DNA of 64,000 nucleotides from Batkoa obscura (Eukaryota): NCBI GenBank assembly GCA_030770535.1, contig JASVEC010000003.1, positions 434,001 to 498,000 of the forward strand, read 5' to 3'. Shown piece by piece: positions 27,638 to 40,519 of this stretch (position 1 is its first letter; each line of letters starts with the position of its first letter). The notes under the pieces were generated by a model. It saw only the letters and a program-made list of their open reading frames with translations, ran no database searches and was not told where the DNA came from. The position numbers and the translations under genes were made by a program.

Positions 27638-27998
27638 ATTTATTTTTATTTTTATTTAATTTTGGCTGAGCTATTACAAAAAATCAGAAAAAGCAAACAT
27701 TGTTTAATTGAGTGTATTATTCAAGAGTTTAATAATTACTCAGTTTCCCTGCTTAAATTTTTTTAAATTATACAACCATTCGGAAGGTTTGGTTTATTTA
27801 AGACATTGAAGAATACCAATATATAAAATAACTGAAGAAAGTTTGAAGGTTTGAAATTTTTCAACAGGTAAGGCAGAACGCAACATTTTAACGGATGTTT
27901 CCTTCCTTGGCAGGTAAACTGCCTTATGGCCTATCCAAGGCTCGAAGTCTGAGCTTTGGCTGGTGAGAGCCACTGTCTTATCACTGGGCCACCCCTCT
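27638..27998 (-). mobile_element. Candidate tRNA-derived SINE
   Basis: Head with A-box TGGCCCAGTGA, Glu-like GGCTCTCACC and B-box-like ACTTCGAGCC; GC-richer body; A-rich tail AAATAAAAATAAAAATAA. Confidence 0.5.
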
Positions 27999-29283
27999 TT
28001 ACTTGCTTAAATATTATCTCTTAATTTTTTACTCATGTAATTTTTAAAAAATGCTACCAAAAATACTATTTTTAGTAATAAACTTTGAAATAGTTTTTTA
28101 AAGTAGCTTTATATTATATTAAACTTATCAGTATTTTAGATTTCATAGGCACATATAAGTAGTTTCAAAGCATTATTTAAGGCTTAATTCATAATGGTCT
28201 TTTGTTTAAAATAATAGAAATAAAAATTGATGGATTTACTTAACTTGATACAGCCAACCCTTTTAGGCTAATTTGGCCTAAATGGATTGTTTTGAAAAGT
28301 ATTAGTCAATAAGCATCTTTTATATAAAACTAAAAGGTCTTTTGGTATTTTATCCTAAAAGGAGTGCGATGTTTTTAAAGTAAGACATAAGAAAAATAAT
28401 AGCCGTCCTTAAGTTTCTAAAAAGTGAGTGAGATAGTGTCTAGAGTTATTTAGGAAAGGAACAAGTTGTTAGAATTGGGAACAGAATTTACTAGAGGGAA
28501 TAACTTAGTAAACTTTAAACTTCTAGTTCTTCTTAAGTAGAAAATTAATGTTATTAACTTTTATTTAAATTAATGAAATTATCAAAATTTAATTACATCG
28601 CATCTAATTTTCGATGTAACATGTAGCTTTAAACGGCACGTTGTATATATACCATACCTTTAATAAAATATTTTGTAAAATTGAAGTCAATAGTGTAAAT
28701 TAAAGTTTGGTCTTATAAACTAGTTTGATGTAAATAATAACTATATTATATTAAGACATTTTTTATAAAAATAGATTATTTTAATAATAACCATCAGGTG
28801 AAAATCTGATAAGTAATATCAACTTTATATAACAAACAGAATATTTCAAATATTAATAAGTTTTGAATAATTTGGTAATTGAAGAAGTTTAAGTACCGTG
28901 GGTAATTTAACATGATCTTAAAGGACCAATTGATTGAATAAAAAAAATTGTTAATGAATAGAATAAATAGCTATTTTAATTGAGTAAAAAAATTAGATAA
29001 AAAATTAAATAACAAATGTATTATTGATTATATTTATGGATTTTTAAAGAATTCTATTAGTTGCGCTAGTTTGATATCTCGATAAGTAAACTACAATGTT
29101 AGTTAATTCAAGGTATGATATTTATTTATTCTTAATTAATTCATATTCATTAGTAGCTCAAAAGATCAAACAACGCATTCTGTTTTCTACTTAATATTTA
29201 GCTTATATTTAGTATACAAAGTATTTTTTGAAACTATATATATATAAAATCAAAAGGTACAACGACATGCAATAAAAATTCAA

Positions 29284-30402
29284 ATGCTTCTAGCTTTATC
29301 TCTCTTCTTCTTTATCGCTTCTACTTTGTGTCAAAATCCTCTCGGGCTAACATATCTGGATAAAAAATGTTACAAGCTTGACTACGATATGGCCTGGTTT
29401 GAAGTTGATATATCACCAAAATACCAACGTAACTGTCAGCCGCTACATCATTGGGTGATTTTCGTAGGGAAAGATAGAAACTCTAAGGATTGGTATGAAG
29501 GAAAGAGCTGTCTTCGTGATTCAAAATCTTGTTGCTTAACCTGTCGTCAATATTGTACTGATAATTTCCGAGTCAAGACCACTGATTCCATTTCTGACAT
29601 GAAAAATTTAGATGTCATGGAGATCACATCTACTCATAAAAGCAGGGATTATTTGTATTTAGCTCCTAACATTGGGAGCTTAAATTATCTTTCGGTAGAT
29701 TTAAGACAAGGCTTAAGATCCATTATTGTACCAATGAATAATCTACATCCAGATGATCGAAATTATCGTCAAGTATTTCAAATTAAAATGACCGAAAGCA
29801 TTGTTACCAAGATTTTAAATAACACTAAGCTATACAATAAGGACGCACAAACAATTCAATCTAACGACCATGTATTAGGTATTGATAAGATTTGTTTATT
29901 AGCCAATGATATGTTGAGAACCGCTGCTATGCCATATGAATTTAGTAACTGCTTCAAGCTAATTCCAAATAAAGAAATCCGAACTTCTTGTGGCTATTGG
30001 GGTACCGATTATGACAGAGATCGTGGTTACTTTTGCGGAGCAAGTAAGTTATATAATCAAGCAGCCACTTTAGCATCATGTCTTCAAAATTTGCCTTTGA
30101 TTAATGCTTCTAAAATGGCTTATAATAACAAAGCTTTAGAATATATGAGAACAGCTGTAGTTGCTGGAATTTCAGCCATTCCATACGCAGGTTTAGTTTT
30201 GGCTGCTACTACCAATGCCATTTTAGGCCCAACTGCTGATGAATTGATCCTTAGTGAATATAAAGGGGCTGAATATGATGAAAAATTAGTTATCCTTAGT
30301 GGTGTTCGTAAACAAGTTTTAAAGGAAAGTGCCAAACTTGCGAAAGGATATTTTAAGGAACATTTTGGTGACATTATCAAATCTATCAAAAACGTATTAT
30401 AA
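29284..30402 (+). CDS. Intronless secreted Cys-rich protein of unknown function
   Basis: 372-aa ORF; signal peptide MLLALSLFFFIASTLC; about a dozen Cys; TATATATAAA upstream. Confidence 0.85.
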   Translation: MLLALSLFFFIASTLCQNPLGLTYLDKKCYKLDYDMAWFEVDISPKYQRNCQPLHHWVIFVGKDRNSKDWYEGKSCLRDSKSCCLTCRQYCTDNFRVKTTDSISDMKNLDVMEITSTHKSRDYLYLAPNIGSLNYLSVDLRQGLRSIIVPMNNLHPDDRNYRQVFQIKMTESIVTKILNNTKLYNKDAQTIQSNDHVLGIDKICLLANDMLRTAAMPYEFSNCFKLIPNKEIRTSCGYWGTDYDRDRGYFCGASKLYNQAATLASCLQNLPLINASKMAYNNKALEYMRTAVVAGISAIPYAGLVLAATTNAILGPTADELILSEYKGAEYDEKLVILSGVRKQVLKESAKLAKGYFKEHFGDIIKSIKNVL

Positions 30403-31225
30403 TTTTATACTATCTCTAATAAACCTTTATCTTTAAATTTGTTTTAAATCTAATAACTATCTAAGAGTTTGAGTATTATAGTTATAAGCTTTATCTCTTG
30501 AAAGCATATATGTAATTGTACAACCTTAAACAAGTAATAGGAATACAATACCCTGAAAAAGCGTCCCAAAGTTTCAAGCAACCAGCTTTCAAAGCTTATT
30601 TCTTAGAAAAACTAGTAAATAAAAAAATATCGTTTTTTCCTCATTTACATTTACTACGTATCTATTATTCTTTGTGTTTGATATTGTCATTATTGATAAG
30701 AAGTTTAATGTGGTATAGTGCTATATTTGAATATAAAAAACGAGCAATTATTGAGACATAACTTTGAAAACCTTGATTTAAATTTTATCTTTTTAGTATT
30801 AATGACTTTACATACCTCTCAAGCCATATTAAAAACTAATACAGAGGATACCCTAAACTCATTTTTAAATTAGCTGATATGAAATCGGCTACATTATGTA
30901 CTTTTATACAAAATAATATCAAAAATTAAAACTGACTTTTTGAAAAAATTTACAGCTTTTAAGAAATCGAATAACATCTTGTAGAGCTTCAAAAACTACG
31001 TTATGATCCTGAATATGAAATTGTTTGAAGAGATTTTTACTAACAACCAGTTTATAATATAAAATGATATATTTAAGTGAAATAGCTCAATTCCTTCACA
31101 CAAAATTTCCTATTAAAAGCAATAAATATAGTATTTATGTACTTATTACCTGCTGTATATGATAAAAATTTTATTTTCATCTTTTAAAACACTCTTTTTT
31201 TGGTTACAACTTTTTAATTTAATAT

Positions 31226-31323
31226 GAGGATGTTTTTTTTGGTTTCATCACTTTTTCCATCTTTTAAACGCTATTTGAGCGGAAAATTTGTTAGTAAAAT
31301 CCTTAAACAAAAAATACATCCCC
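31226..31323. mobile_element. MITE family A
   Basis: GAGGATG..CATCCCC; flanks ATAT/AATT do not match. Confidence 0.85.
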
Positions 31324-31325
31324 AA

Positions 31326-31737
31326 TTATTAATTTTATTATGTTCACGAATAAAAATCTCAAATTTTGAAATTAATTAATTAATATCTTTTATTTTATTT
31401 AATGCTTTAAAACTATTTTTCTATTATGAAAGATTTCCAATATGTTTATTAATTATACTTTTTCTATGATCCTCAGCAAAAAAATTAAGATCAATATTTG
31501 AACTATTACTTATTTTATAAATTCCTTCAAATATATAATGTAAAAACACTTGAGATTTAAAATAATTTCCTGTATTTGCTTATATATCAATTTTTATAAA
31601 CTTTTTAAACAAAAGCTTTTTAGATATTGAATTAATTAAACAGTCTCATGCATATGCTGAATCATAATTTAGTATTTCAGATAAATAATTAAAATAGATT
31701 TCCCTTATTGTTTTATCATTTTTTAAATATAAAACAC
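31326..31737 (+). repeat. 412-bp duplicate of 23694..24105 (transposase fossil fragment)
   Basis: Appears identical over the first ~345 bp; a few differences in the last ~65 bp. Confidence 0.9.
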
Positions 31738-32230
31738 TGTGAAAGTTGGTACTCAGTGGTAGGAGTTAAAGGCAGTTCTTGGTTGATTAACTAACCTTGA
31801 GTCGAATGGTCTTAGTTTATGTAACTAAGATAGATTTAAGTTAGTAAGAATAGTGCGCAATAGGCTATGAACTATGTAAAACAAATATAATAGACAATAC
31901 TACTGTAAAATCTATGTAAGATATTGTCAGAAAGACTTAGTGGCTTTATTAATGGTACGACATTAGTGAACAATTCAATTAAAAAGCCTCGAGTTATCAT
32001 GTTGAAGAATCTCTTTTATACTCCAACAAGTACGAATATCAAAACGAGAGGATAATATTGTTTGCAATGTGAAGTTAGAAATTCCCACAAATTAAAATAA
32101 GGAACTCTGAGTTGATTATACTACATGGATCACGGTCAAATTGATCACAAGACTACATCTAGTTTTGTAAATAAGTCAAATAGTTATTATCTTATAATTA
32201 ATCCGAGAGCTGATAAATCAATATTTCACA
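31738..32230 (+). mobile_element. Solo LTR, copy 5 (no TSD, mosaic)
   Basis: TGTGAAA..TTTCACA; flanks ACAC/GATG differ. Confidence 0.85.
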
Positions 32231-32481
32231 GATGTCTTTTTGTGTTTAAGAATTTTACTATAACAATTTTCCACTCAAATGGGGATGTATTTTTTTGTTT
32301 AAGAATTTGCTAACAATCTTTCCACTCAAATAGCGCTTAAAAAATGGAAAAAGTAATAAAGCCAAAAAAATACCCCCCATATGGGGATGTATTTTTTTGT
32401 TTAAGAATTTTACTAACAATCTTTCCGCTCAAATAGCGCTCAAAAAATGGAAAAAATAATGAAACCAAAAAAAACATCCTC
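32231..32481. mobile_element. Tandem MITE-A cluster (one partial and two full copies)
   Basis: 32231..32280 partial; 32281..32378 and 32383..32481 full, joined by one ATAT. Confidence 0.85.
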
Positions 32482-34975
32482 ATATATTAAAGACTTGTAG
32501 GTTTAAAAACTTAAAATTTAGATTAATTTTTAAGTAAATTTTAAAATTAATTTAAATATTTTTATATATATTTGATAATTTATTTATTATAGTTTTTAAT
32601 TTAATAAACTGTATTTTACTTCTTTTGTTTAAATGTTTAAATCTTAGTAATAATTTTAAAATTAAAATAAAAGTTAATCAATTTAATAAACATAGCTTTT
32701 ATTTTTTTAATTATTTTAAAAACGATATAAATTAAATAATAATAAAATAAATTTATCAGAATATTTAATATAACTTTATGTATCACTTTTTATCATCATT
32801 GTTCTGAAATTTAAATTTATTAATTTTACTTTGCTTTACAATAAAATAAAAATATTTATTTACTATTTTTTTTTGTCAACTTTTTTGTCTGTTAGTATGT
32901 TTTTTACATTTGGTAGCTTTTGATTTTTATTTAAGCTTTTATGCTATCAAGCTCCCTTGTTATTTTTATATAGCTAGTAAAAAAAAACTTATTAATCCTC
33001 AATTTTATTTTATTACTAACCCTTATCAATTATCTAAATTTAAATAGCTGTTTTACCTTTTTAAACATTTATCCCACCTTTATATACCACTTTATAGCTA
33101 TACAAACCAATTACAAAAAATAATTATTGCTTTGGTAAAATATTATTAATTTAGATAATAGCTTTGTTTTTCTAAAAACATTATTTAAAAAAAACAAATA
33201 TAATTTAATTAAAAAAGTATACTGTTTCTTATTTTAAATACATCGATAAGTAAAATCAAAATTAAAAATGATTATAATTAAGCTATTATTTATTTTTAAA
33301 ATAAGCAATGATGCTATGTTTGCTTTTTTTTAAAATTTTTGATATTCTTTAAACTCTTTTTCCCTTAACACTTTATAGCCTTTCAGCCTTAACTCTCTCT
33401 ATGGCAATTTTCCTTTTGCTATCTTTTGGCTTTGCTAGCATTCATTTACCTTCGTCTTTTGCTTGAATATAAGATGTTTCCTTTACAAACTATTCCTTTT
33501 CTCTTTGTGTTCCCCAACCTTTTTTTGAACCATTGATATAGCTTTTTTATTACTCCCATCCATTTTTTATCATTTGGCTTTAACCGCTTACAATTTTTAA
33601 TGAAGTCCTTGCTCTATTTTAATTTAACCCACCACCCTTAGCAAAAACAAAGTTACTGGTTAAATTTCAAGCTTTTTTTTACAATCCTTTTTCTTAACTG
33701 TTGGCACAATCCAAATACTGGGTTTATAAATGACTATTGCTACTAATTGAAGCAAGGCTGGGCTATCGACAAAGAAGTTGAACTGTAGCTGATAACGAAT
33801 ACAATTAGTATTTATTTATCTGGTCTGTCTCATGGGTGGGATTTCGTTCACTGTTTTTTTGTGAGTTTGGACACTAGAGGAGGCGCCCTGGTTAACCTAT
33901 CAGATGAAGCGATTAGACTTAAATGATTAGGAGAACGGTAATAATAAGAACAACTACCCTATCTGGAGTAAAAGGTTGATAAGTATTATGCTTTGCTTAT
34001 AGTAAAAAATTTTAGCAGCTAGATTTTCACTTAGCCTCTTTATAAGTTGTGTTGGTTTAATGTAACTCTAAAAATTAATAAATAAATGTCTGTTAATCAA
34101 TTTACTTTAACTAGTTTATTTATGGTTTACCCGATTCCAGCATCAATCCAAATACGATACTATTGTATAAATAAAATGTTTAAAAACAAACTCATCTTTT
34201 TCTATCAACAAACCATAATGATTCTCCGAATTTAACTTTGAAAATTCTGCACGTCGCTTAAGGGTACAGGTAAAAAACAGGCGCGCCTCTCCTACACTGA
34301 GATTCAAAAAAATAATTAATATCATTTTTCCTTCTTTTTTATTTTTTATGTTATCAAAACTTACTCAAAAGATAAAAATAAGTTTTAGCACATTTGTATT
34401 GATGTGTATCATGTCACTAAAAATAACCAAACCTTTATTGCTTTGAAACTCTTTACGAAGTTCCCCAAGCTTTCTGATAATTTTTTTATTAATATTTTTA
34501 TTACTATTTATATGCATTAATCCTACCTTCATTATTACCAACATTAAAGTCAGCAGCGTCCGTTTCATACTCAAGTAAAGACTAGCCAGTAGTTGAGGAT
34601 TTATCAACCACACTTCAGTACACTGATTTTGTTTTTTTCAAATGGATTGTTAAATTTAAATGACCTATTAGACAATCCCAAGGCTCCTTTCATTTCTGAT
34701 AGAAAATTTAAGTTATTGGTTGCATGATAAAGTATTTTGCTGAAAGTAAAAAATGGAGTGAAGTTATTAACTGTTATTATTTTACACCCTCGCTGTTATG
34801 GATTTGCCCAAAAGAGGAGTTATTATAAAACTTAATAACACGTGCTACATAAAAAATCATAAAAAATTATAATGATAAATTTTTAAAAGTTTAATCAAAT
34901 GGAGAGAGAAAAAGAGGTAAAAGGAGTAATAAGAAATGAAAATAGCTACTAATAATTTAGTTCATCAAAGATAAC

Positions 34976-35286
34976 ATGGATATATCAGAAGAAATTTTAA
35001 AAGTATGTAAAAACCATGCTCAGTTGGAAAGTAATTTAAATAGAACAAAAGCTTTATTGCTAAGAATTAAAGCTACCAATGCCGATGTTCATACAAAGTA
35101 AACACATATTTCATTGGTTTTATATTATTAATTTATTTTAGTAATGATGATATCTTAAAATCGTAAATTAATTACTTCAATACATTATAAGCTTTTTTAA
35201 TTTTTAAAAATAGATTAAAAACGTTAAATTATTTGAATGAACAATTAAATATGGAAGAAATAATAAAGAATTCTACTACAAACTAA
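34976..35286 (+). CDS. Small coiled-coil protein with 2 introns (start uncertain)
   Basis: Removing introns ~35098..35141 and ~35163..35213 gives MDISEEILKVCKNHAQLESNLNRTKALLLRIK..EEIIKNSTTN*. Confidence 0.55.
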
Positions 35287-35354
35287 TAAACTAGTTTTAT
35301 ATATTACTTTTTTAAGTTGGTTTATAATAATCTAAATATGATATACTTTTTTAT

Positions 35355-36308
35355 TTAATTTGAAAACGCTGGTTTAATGGATAAGAACAGGTTGATGATC
35401 CAAACCTTGACCCTTTTAAATGCTGGATTGTTCCATGCATATTTCTTCGCTAAAATTATAAACATCACAAAGGCTATCAAGGAATAATGTGCTTTATTTA
35501 TATTTTTAATATAATGCAGCCAATTCCTTACTACTTTGACTTCGCCTCTTTCTGATGGAACGGACTTTATTTCTTCATTAACAAAGGTAGTCGAACTAGC
35601 TACACTCTGATTTTCGTAATGATGATTTGCTGCTTCAATACATTGGACTATGTCTTGTTTGGTACTAATTGTCAACATATCATCTTTACCTAATAACTCC
35701 GGGATCTGCTTTTGTTTTCCTAATCCTATTAAACAATGACAATAAAACAAATCCATAATTGAAGTGTAATTTTTTATATATTCTTCGTCCATTAATAAGT
35801 CTTTGGGTATATTTTGTTTATATTCCATTATAAAGTCATATAACACTTTATATTGTTGCTTATGAATAGCAACGAGCGATACCCCTAACATGATATCCAT
35901 AGGCTTAGAATACGGGGATGGATAAAAGGTAAGATTAAATAGTTTAATAAAATCCAAAATAGTCTTGTCCATGTTTAATATTAATATCTTCAATTTGAAC
36001 ATAGCGTCGTCTGATAAATCCATCTTTAAGTCGTATTCCTTCTCTTTAGCTTCAGAGTCTACCTTAGTAATAATATTTAACAACAAGGACCATAAATTTC
36101 CGAATAGTAGAAAATGGTTTTTAACCTCTTGCTCAATAGGTTGGGAATAGAACTCTTGTAGCAGCCATTGCTGTTCATCAATTGGGGATTTCAGAGCTAA
36201 TATTTTCATTATCATCGATATACTTCCTTGCCATACCAAATCATATTCCTTTAATAAAAACAATTCACTTAAAACGTCATATTCCTGTACTAAATCATTG
36301 ATCTCCAT
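35355..36308 (-). CDS. Tail-anchored helical protein, possibly Pex26/Pex15-like
   Basis: 317-aa ORF; helical body; C-terminal TM HYSLIAFVMFIILA followed by basic residues. Confidence 0.6.
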   Translation of the reverse strand: MEINDLVQEYDVLSELFLLKEYDLVWQGSISMIMKILALKSPIDEQQWLLQEFYSQPIEQEVKNHFLLFGNLWSLLLNIITKVDSEAKEKEYDLKMDLSDDAMFKLKILILNMDKTILDFIKLFNLTFYPSPYSKPMDIMLGVSLVAIHKQQYKVLYDFIMEYKQNIPKDLLMDEEYIKNYTSIMDLFYCHCLIGLGKQKQIPELLGKDDMLTISTKQDIVQCIEAANHHYENQSVASSTTFVNEEIKSVPSERGEVKVVRNWLHYIKNINKAHYSLIAFVMFIILAKKYAWNNPAFKRVKVWIINLFLSIKPAFSN

Positions 36309-36485
36309 TATTAAATATAAAAGCTAAATGTTTATTTTTGTTTCTGAGTTATATAGGTTTCTCAATTTAATGCCATGACAAGTTATAGACTGGTTATTGA
36401 TACCGAACAAATTAAACATTGCAAAATTAATTGCATAAAATGAAACATCTTGAATTTTAATTAAAATCATTTTTATCAAATTTAA

Positions 36486-37277
36486 ATGGATCCAAATAAA
36501 CATGAAGCTGAACCAGAGCCAATAAAGAGTTTAAAGCACTTACAAGAGGTATTAGAGACTCTAAAATTTTCAAGGATATCCACAGACTATGTTATAAATC
36601 CAAAAAAATATGGCGGTGGGAAAAGAGTATTGACTCAAAAAGAAAAGGATATTTCCGACATCTTTAAAGTTACTATTAAGAAGGAGCTAAATTGGGAGCT
36701 AAACGAAATCCTTAGAGGTATTACCAATTGTATTGAAGATGTTATCAATTGCTCAGAGGTTTGAACTATTGTTTTAATTAAATATTTAACTAATATTCTA
36801 GATTGAAAATAAAAACCGATATATAATTCAAAAAGAAAAATTTCAAATAAACAGTCGAGCTGTGAGCTTGGTAAGCTATAATTAAAATCTGGTTTTTCAT
36901 CTCATTTTTTTCAGAATAGAAACGTAGAAAGACTACTAACATTAACTTATAAAATGAAAAGAGGTTTACTACTAAAACATAGTTATCAATTAAAAGTACC
37001 TGTTGTTGAAGATGGAGATGCTACCTATAAAAGAGTGGAAGAACCAGAAGATAAGAAAGAGTATCCGGATAAAGCAGCAAAAGAAGCAGCAAAAAAAGAC
37101 TTTGAAAGGATTAGAAATAATAATATTAGAAAAGAAGAACTTGCAAGAAAAGAAAGGGATCTTAAAAGAGAAGAAGCAAAGATTATTCCCAGTATCAAAA
37201 ATTCCAAAGTTTTCCATCCTTATGCTGCTAGAAGGATAAGAACGTTGCACTGTTTCTTTCCTGACTATCAAAGTTGA
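36486..37277 (+). CDS. Hypothetical protein; 3 exons
   Basis: Introns ~36759..36801 and ~36871..36914 join the two listed ORFs in frame. Confidence 0.7.
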
Positions 37278-37525
37278 AGTGATATTTAAAATAATAAAGT
37301 AGCATTTTGAAACTAACTACGTTGATTTTATTTATATTTTTAATTAAATATTTGTGAAGCTGAAAATTATGATTATTAAAGTGATTTTTAGTGATCTTTT
37401 TAAGGAACCGTCCATTCACTCTTGAGAAAACCATCCCATGTATACAAATTTGTATTAGATATTTTGATGATTTAGTATAATTTCTATTGGTTAAAAATAA
37501 AACATTACTTTAGAACTTACAGATA

Positions 37526-38265
37526 ATGAGCCTCAATATCTTTTTTAAAATGAATAACTTTACATTTTTAAAAAAAGAAAGAGAAACGCATGATGTAATA
37601 GATGATATCAACGAAATAGTAACAAATTTGAGTGGGGATACTGATAAACAAAAAAATACGTATATTGAGAACAGTACAGATATATTACAGGTAAAATTAT
37701 TCGTTATTAATAAATTAACTAAATATTAGAGTGAAAATTTGACCGACATTCTAAACTCAATACCCAGTTTACAAATTGAAGATATAAATAGAGTTAGTAA
37801 TCTTAACGTTAACGAAAACTGGAAAGAGCAGTTAAATGAAGTATTAGAGACAAGTAAATATGAATGTTTTGCTTAATTATAAAATAATCATTATAAATAG
37901 TTGAAACAAGTACTTCAAAATTCAAAGAACTTGAATTAAAAATATCGTTATTAAAGGTAATCGTATTATAATGTGAGATTTATTAAACTAAAATTAATAA
38001 CATAGAGTATAACCCCTAATAATAAGAATGAAAATTATTCCATGTTTAAAACGATAGCCAGTTTTTTACCTAGAAAAGAAAAGATTAATGAAGACCATGA
38101 ACAACGAATTAAAGATAACTTTAAGAATGAATTAGAAATTGAGAAATTGAAATATTTAGAAGAGCTGCAGTTTGAAAAAGACAGATATATTAACGCTTAT
38201 GTAAGTCAACTCCAAAAAAGGTGGTATCAATAAACATTTGACACAAATTATAGGATAATATTTAG
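37526..38265 (+). CDS. Hypothetical coiled-coil protein; multi-exon, 3' end uncertain
   Basis: In-frame splicing across GT-AG introns at ~37691, ~37854 and ~37957. Confidence 0.55.
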
Positions 38266-40519
38266 AATAGTAAAATTTTGAAAAGCATTTTTTAATTTTG
38301 AAATTTTAATGTTTATTACTAAATCATAATAGAAGCAAAGCAATTAATAATGTTAAGTGAAATATAATTAGCATGATGATTAGTGAAGATCCAATAACAA
38401 ATTATAGGTCCATGGCTCAAAAACTTTAACTAAAGGTGGTTTTGGATCCTAGCACTATACTGTATTTATCAAGTTTTTTAAATAATCTGATTCAAAAGCA
38501 GTTAATGTATCATTGATTGAAACCATATTGGATGCAATAGATACTAACTTCTACTGTAGTTGATCCACCTTCGTTTTGAATAGCATCGTTTTTATCCTAG
38601 ATCCCTCCTTTTAAGAAAGGGTCAGTTAATAACATAACCCTTCTTCCAAATATCCAGACATTTCGTTTTTATAAAAAAAAAACCAATTCATTGAAAATGT
38701 TCTATTCATCATTACCATTACTTTTCAACTTAATTTTCTCAGAGTTAGGATCAACGGTACTATATATATTCAATACACCTCTTTATTTTCTTCTTTTTCA
38801 TGAGCAAGATGAGGTAAATTTGCAGTTTAATTATGATACTAAGGCAGTGATACCATGTTTCCAATCAAAGATTCCAATTTTCGCTGTGTAATTAGCAATA
38901 GTAAACCATGAGCTGAGGATCAAATTTATTGAATCATTTTGTTCACCTAAAGAGTAATTTTTAATTCAAGCAATATCAGTCAAATAATCACCTGAAAATT
39001 GCAAGCATCCTTGCTTTTAAAGCATTCCTATCTGTTAACAACTTTAGTGCTGAAAGACAAACATTCTCTCTGCAACTTAACAACACTAAATAGCAACTAT
39101 AGGCTAAATAATTTATTAGTGCTATACTGTTGCCATAAACTCCACAAATTCCTGATGGTATATATACTTGCCCCTCAATCGATTGCCACTGTATATTTAA
39201 TATAACCTTCATAATTGATTGGTAGCACGTAGCTACTTTTGGTTCCATAATTCGCTTTTCTTTTGATACAAGTGTTTAATAATTATTAGTTTATTTGATT
39301 TTGCTTTCTTTTCATTATTTTTCCGGAGATCAAATCAAGCAGATTCTATAAAATGAGTTAACAAAGTATCTTATACTTTATAACTACTACTTTTTGGTTT
39401 AGCCAATACTTGAACCTTACTTCAAAGCTACTTTGCTTCTGTTTCGATTGGTTTTAGATTTTGAAGGTACATTTTTAGGCAATTATTAAGAAACAAAAGG
39501 TCAAAGAATGTGAATTTGCTGTAGTATAAACATGCCTAAACGGCTCATAACAATAAACACAATTAAAGATTTAATTCCTTTTTGCGACTCAATGTACATA
39601 AACAAATATTGGTGTAAATTTAAAATGTATTTTATGTTACACTACTTATCAGAATTATTCATAGACTTTTTTTGACACAAGTGGCTTCATTGGTGCTTTA
39701 AGCCTGATTATTAGCTAAACTGCACGATTCAATTTGTGTTTGAATTATTCTTTCAATCTTCCGAGTACAAGCTCCACAGATGATAGAAATTTGCCTTTTA
39801 ATACTTCTGTGCAATTTTAGAAAAAATCTTAATACAAACTCTATCAAGGTATGGTTTCGGTAAGGAAGTACTTGCAGGCTTTTTAGTTAGTTTTCTTAAT
39901 CTAACCGTTTTTTTTATTTTATTTAATGGCAATTATTTTTTATTAATAAAGTTTGTTACTTTTGGATGTTTGGCTTGATTTTCTACAACTTAATTTAATT
40001 TACTACTACTGTTTGAGTTATTGTCTATATTAGACTAACTGTAAATACAAAGGCTACTTGATCTATACATATTGGCTCGGTCCTAACCAACCTAACTACT
40101 TGCATCCTTTTTATAATGTTGAATATAATTACTACTGTATCGATATAAGGCCTAATGTAATCACTGATATTATTTAAGGTGCTTGTATTAAAATTACATA
40201 TAAATGTATAATGATATTTATTTGTTTTAATTTGGTTACCCCTGAAAACATTACTATATATCAAATACAACACTCGCGCCAAATATGTCATTAGATTCAT
40301 TCTAATAATGCTTGATACATTTTCACGACATTATTCTATTTAAACTAGAATATTTTTTACTTTTAATAAAATTATTATTGCTGCCATACATCATGTACTT
40401 AGAATTGATTTTCATCATTTGCCTCTTATTGGCTAATGGCTTGCTATTTTAGATTGACTAGTGAGATAGAATAAGTAAAAAGTAAAATTACTCCTCAATC
40501 TTTTATAAAATTCAATAAA

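Noticed and set aside
27930..27998. tRNA-Sec or a functional tRNA; HDV-like ribozyme in the adjacent body
   Set aside because: No acceptor stem or long variable arm; HDV P1/P1.1 pairings could not be built.
28130..28560. Stop-riddled coding-like minus-strand sequence (similar patches at 38.4-39.3, 50.0-50.6 and 57-58 kb)
   Set aside because: Probably decayed genes or TEs, but no diagnostic motif was recognised.
32231..32481. CRISPR-like array
   Set aside because: The units are tandem MITE copies without unique spacers, in a eukaryotic genome.
33400..34693. Possible minus-strand multi-exon gene
   Set aside because: Splice-like signals and short coding-like stretches exist, but I could not assemble a continuous frame.
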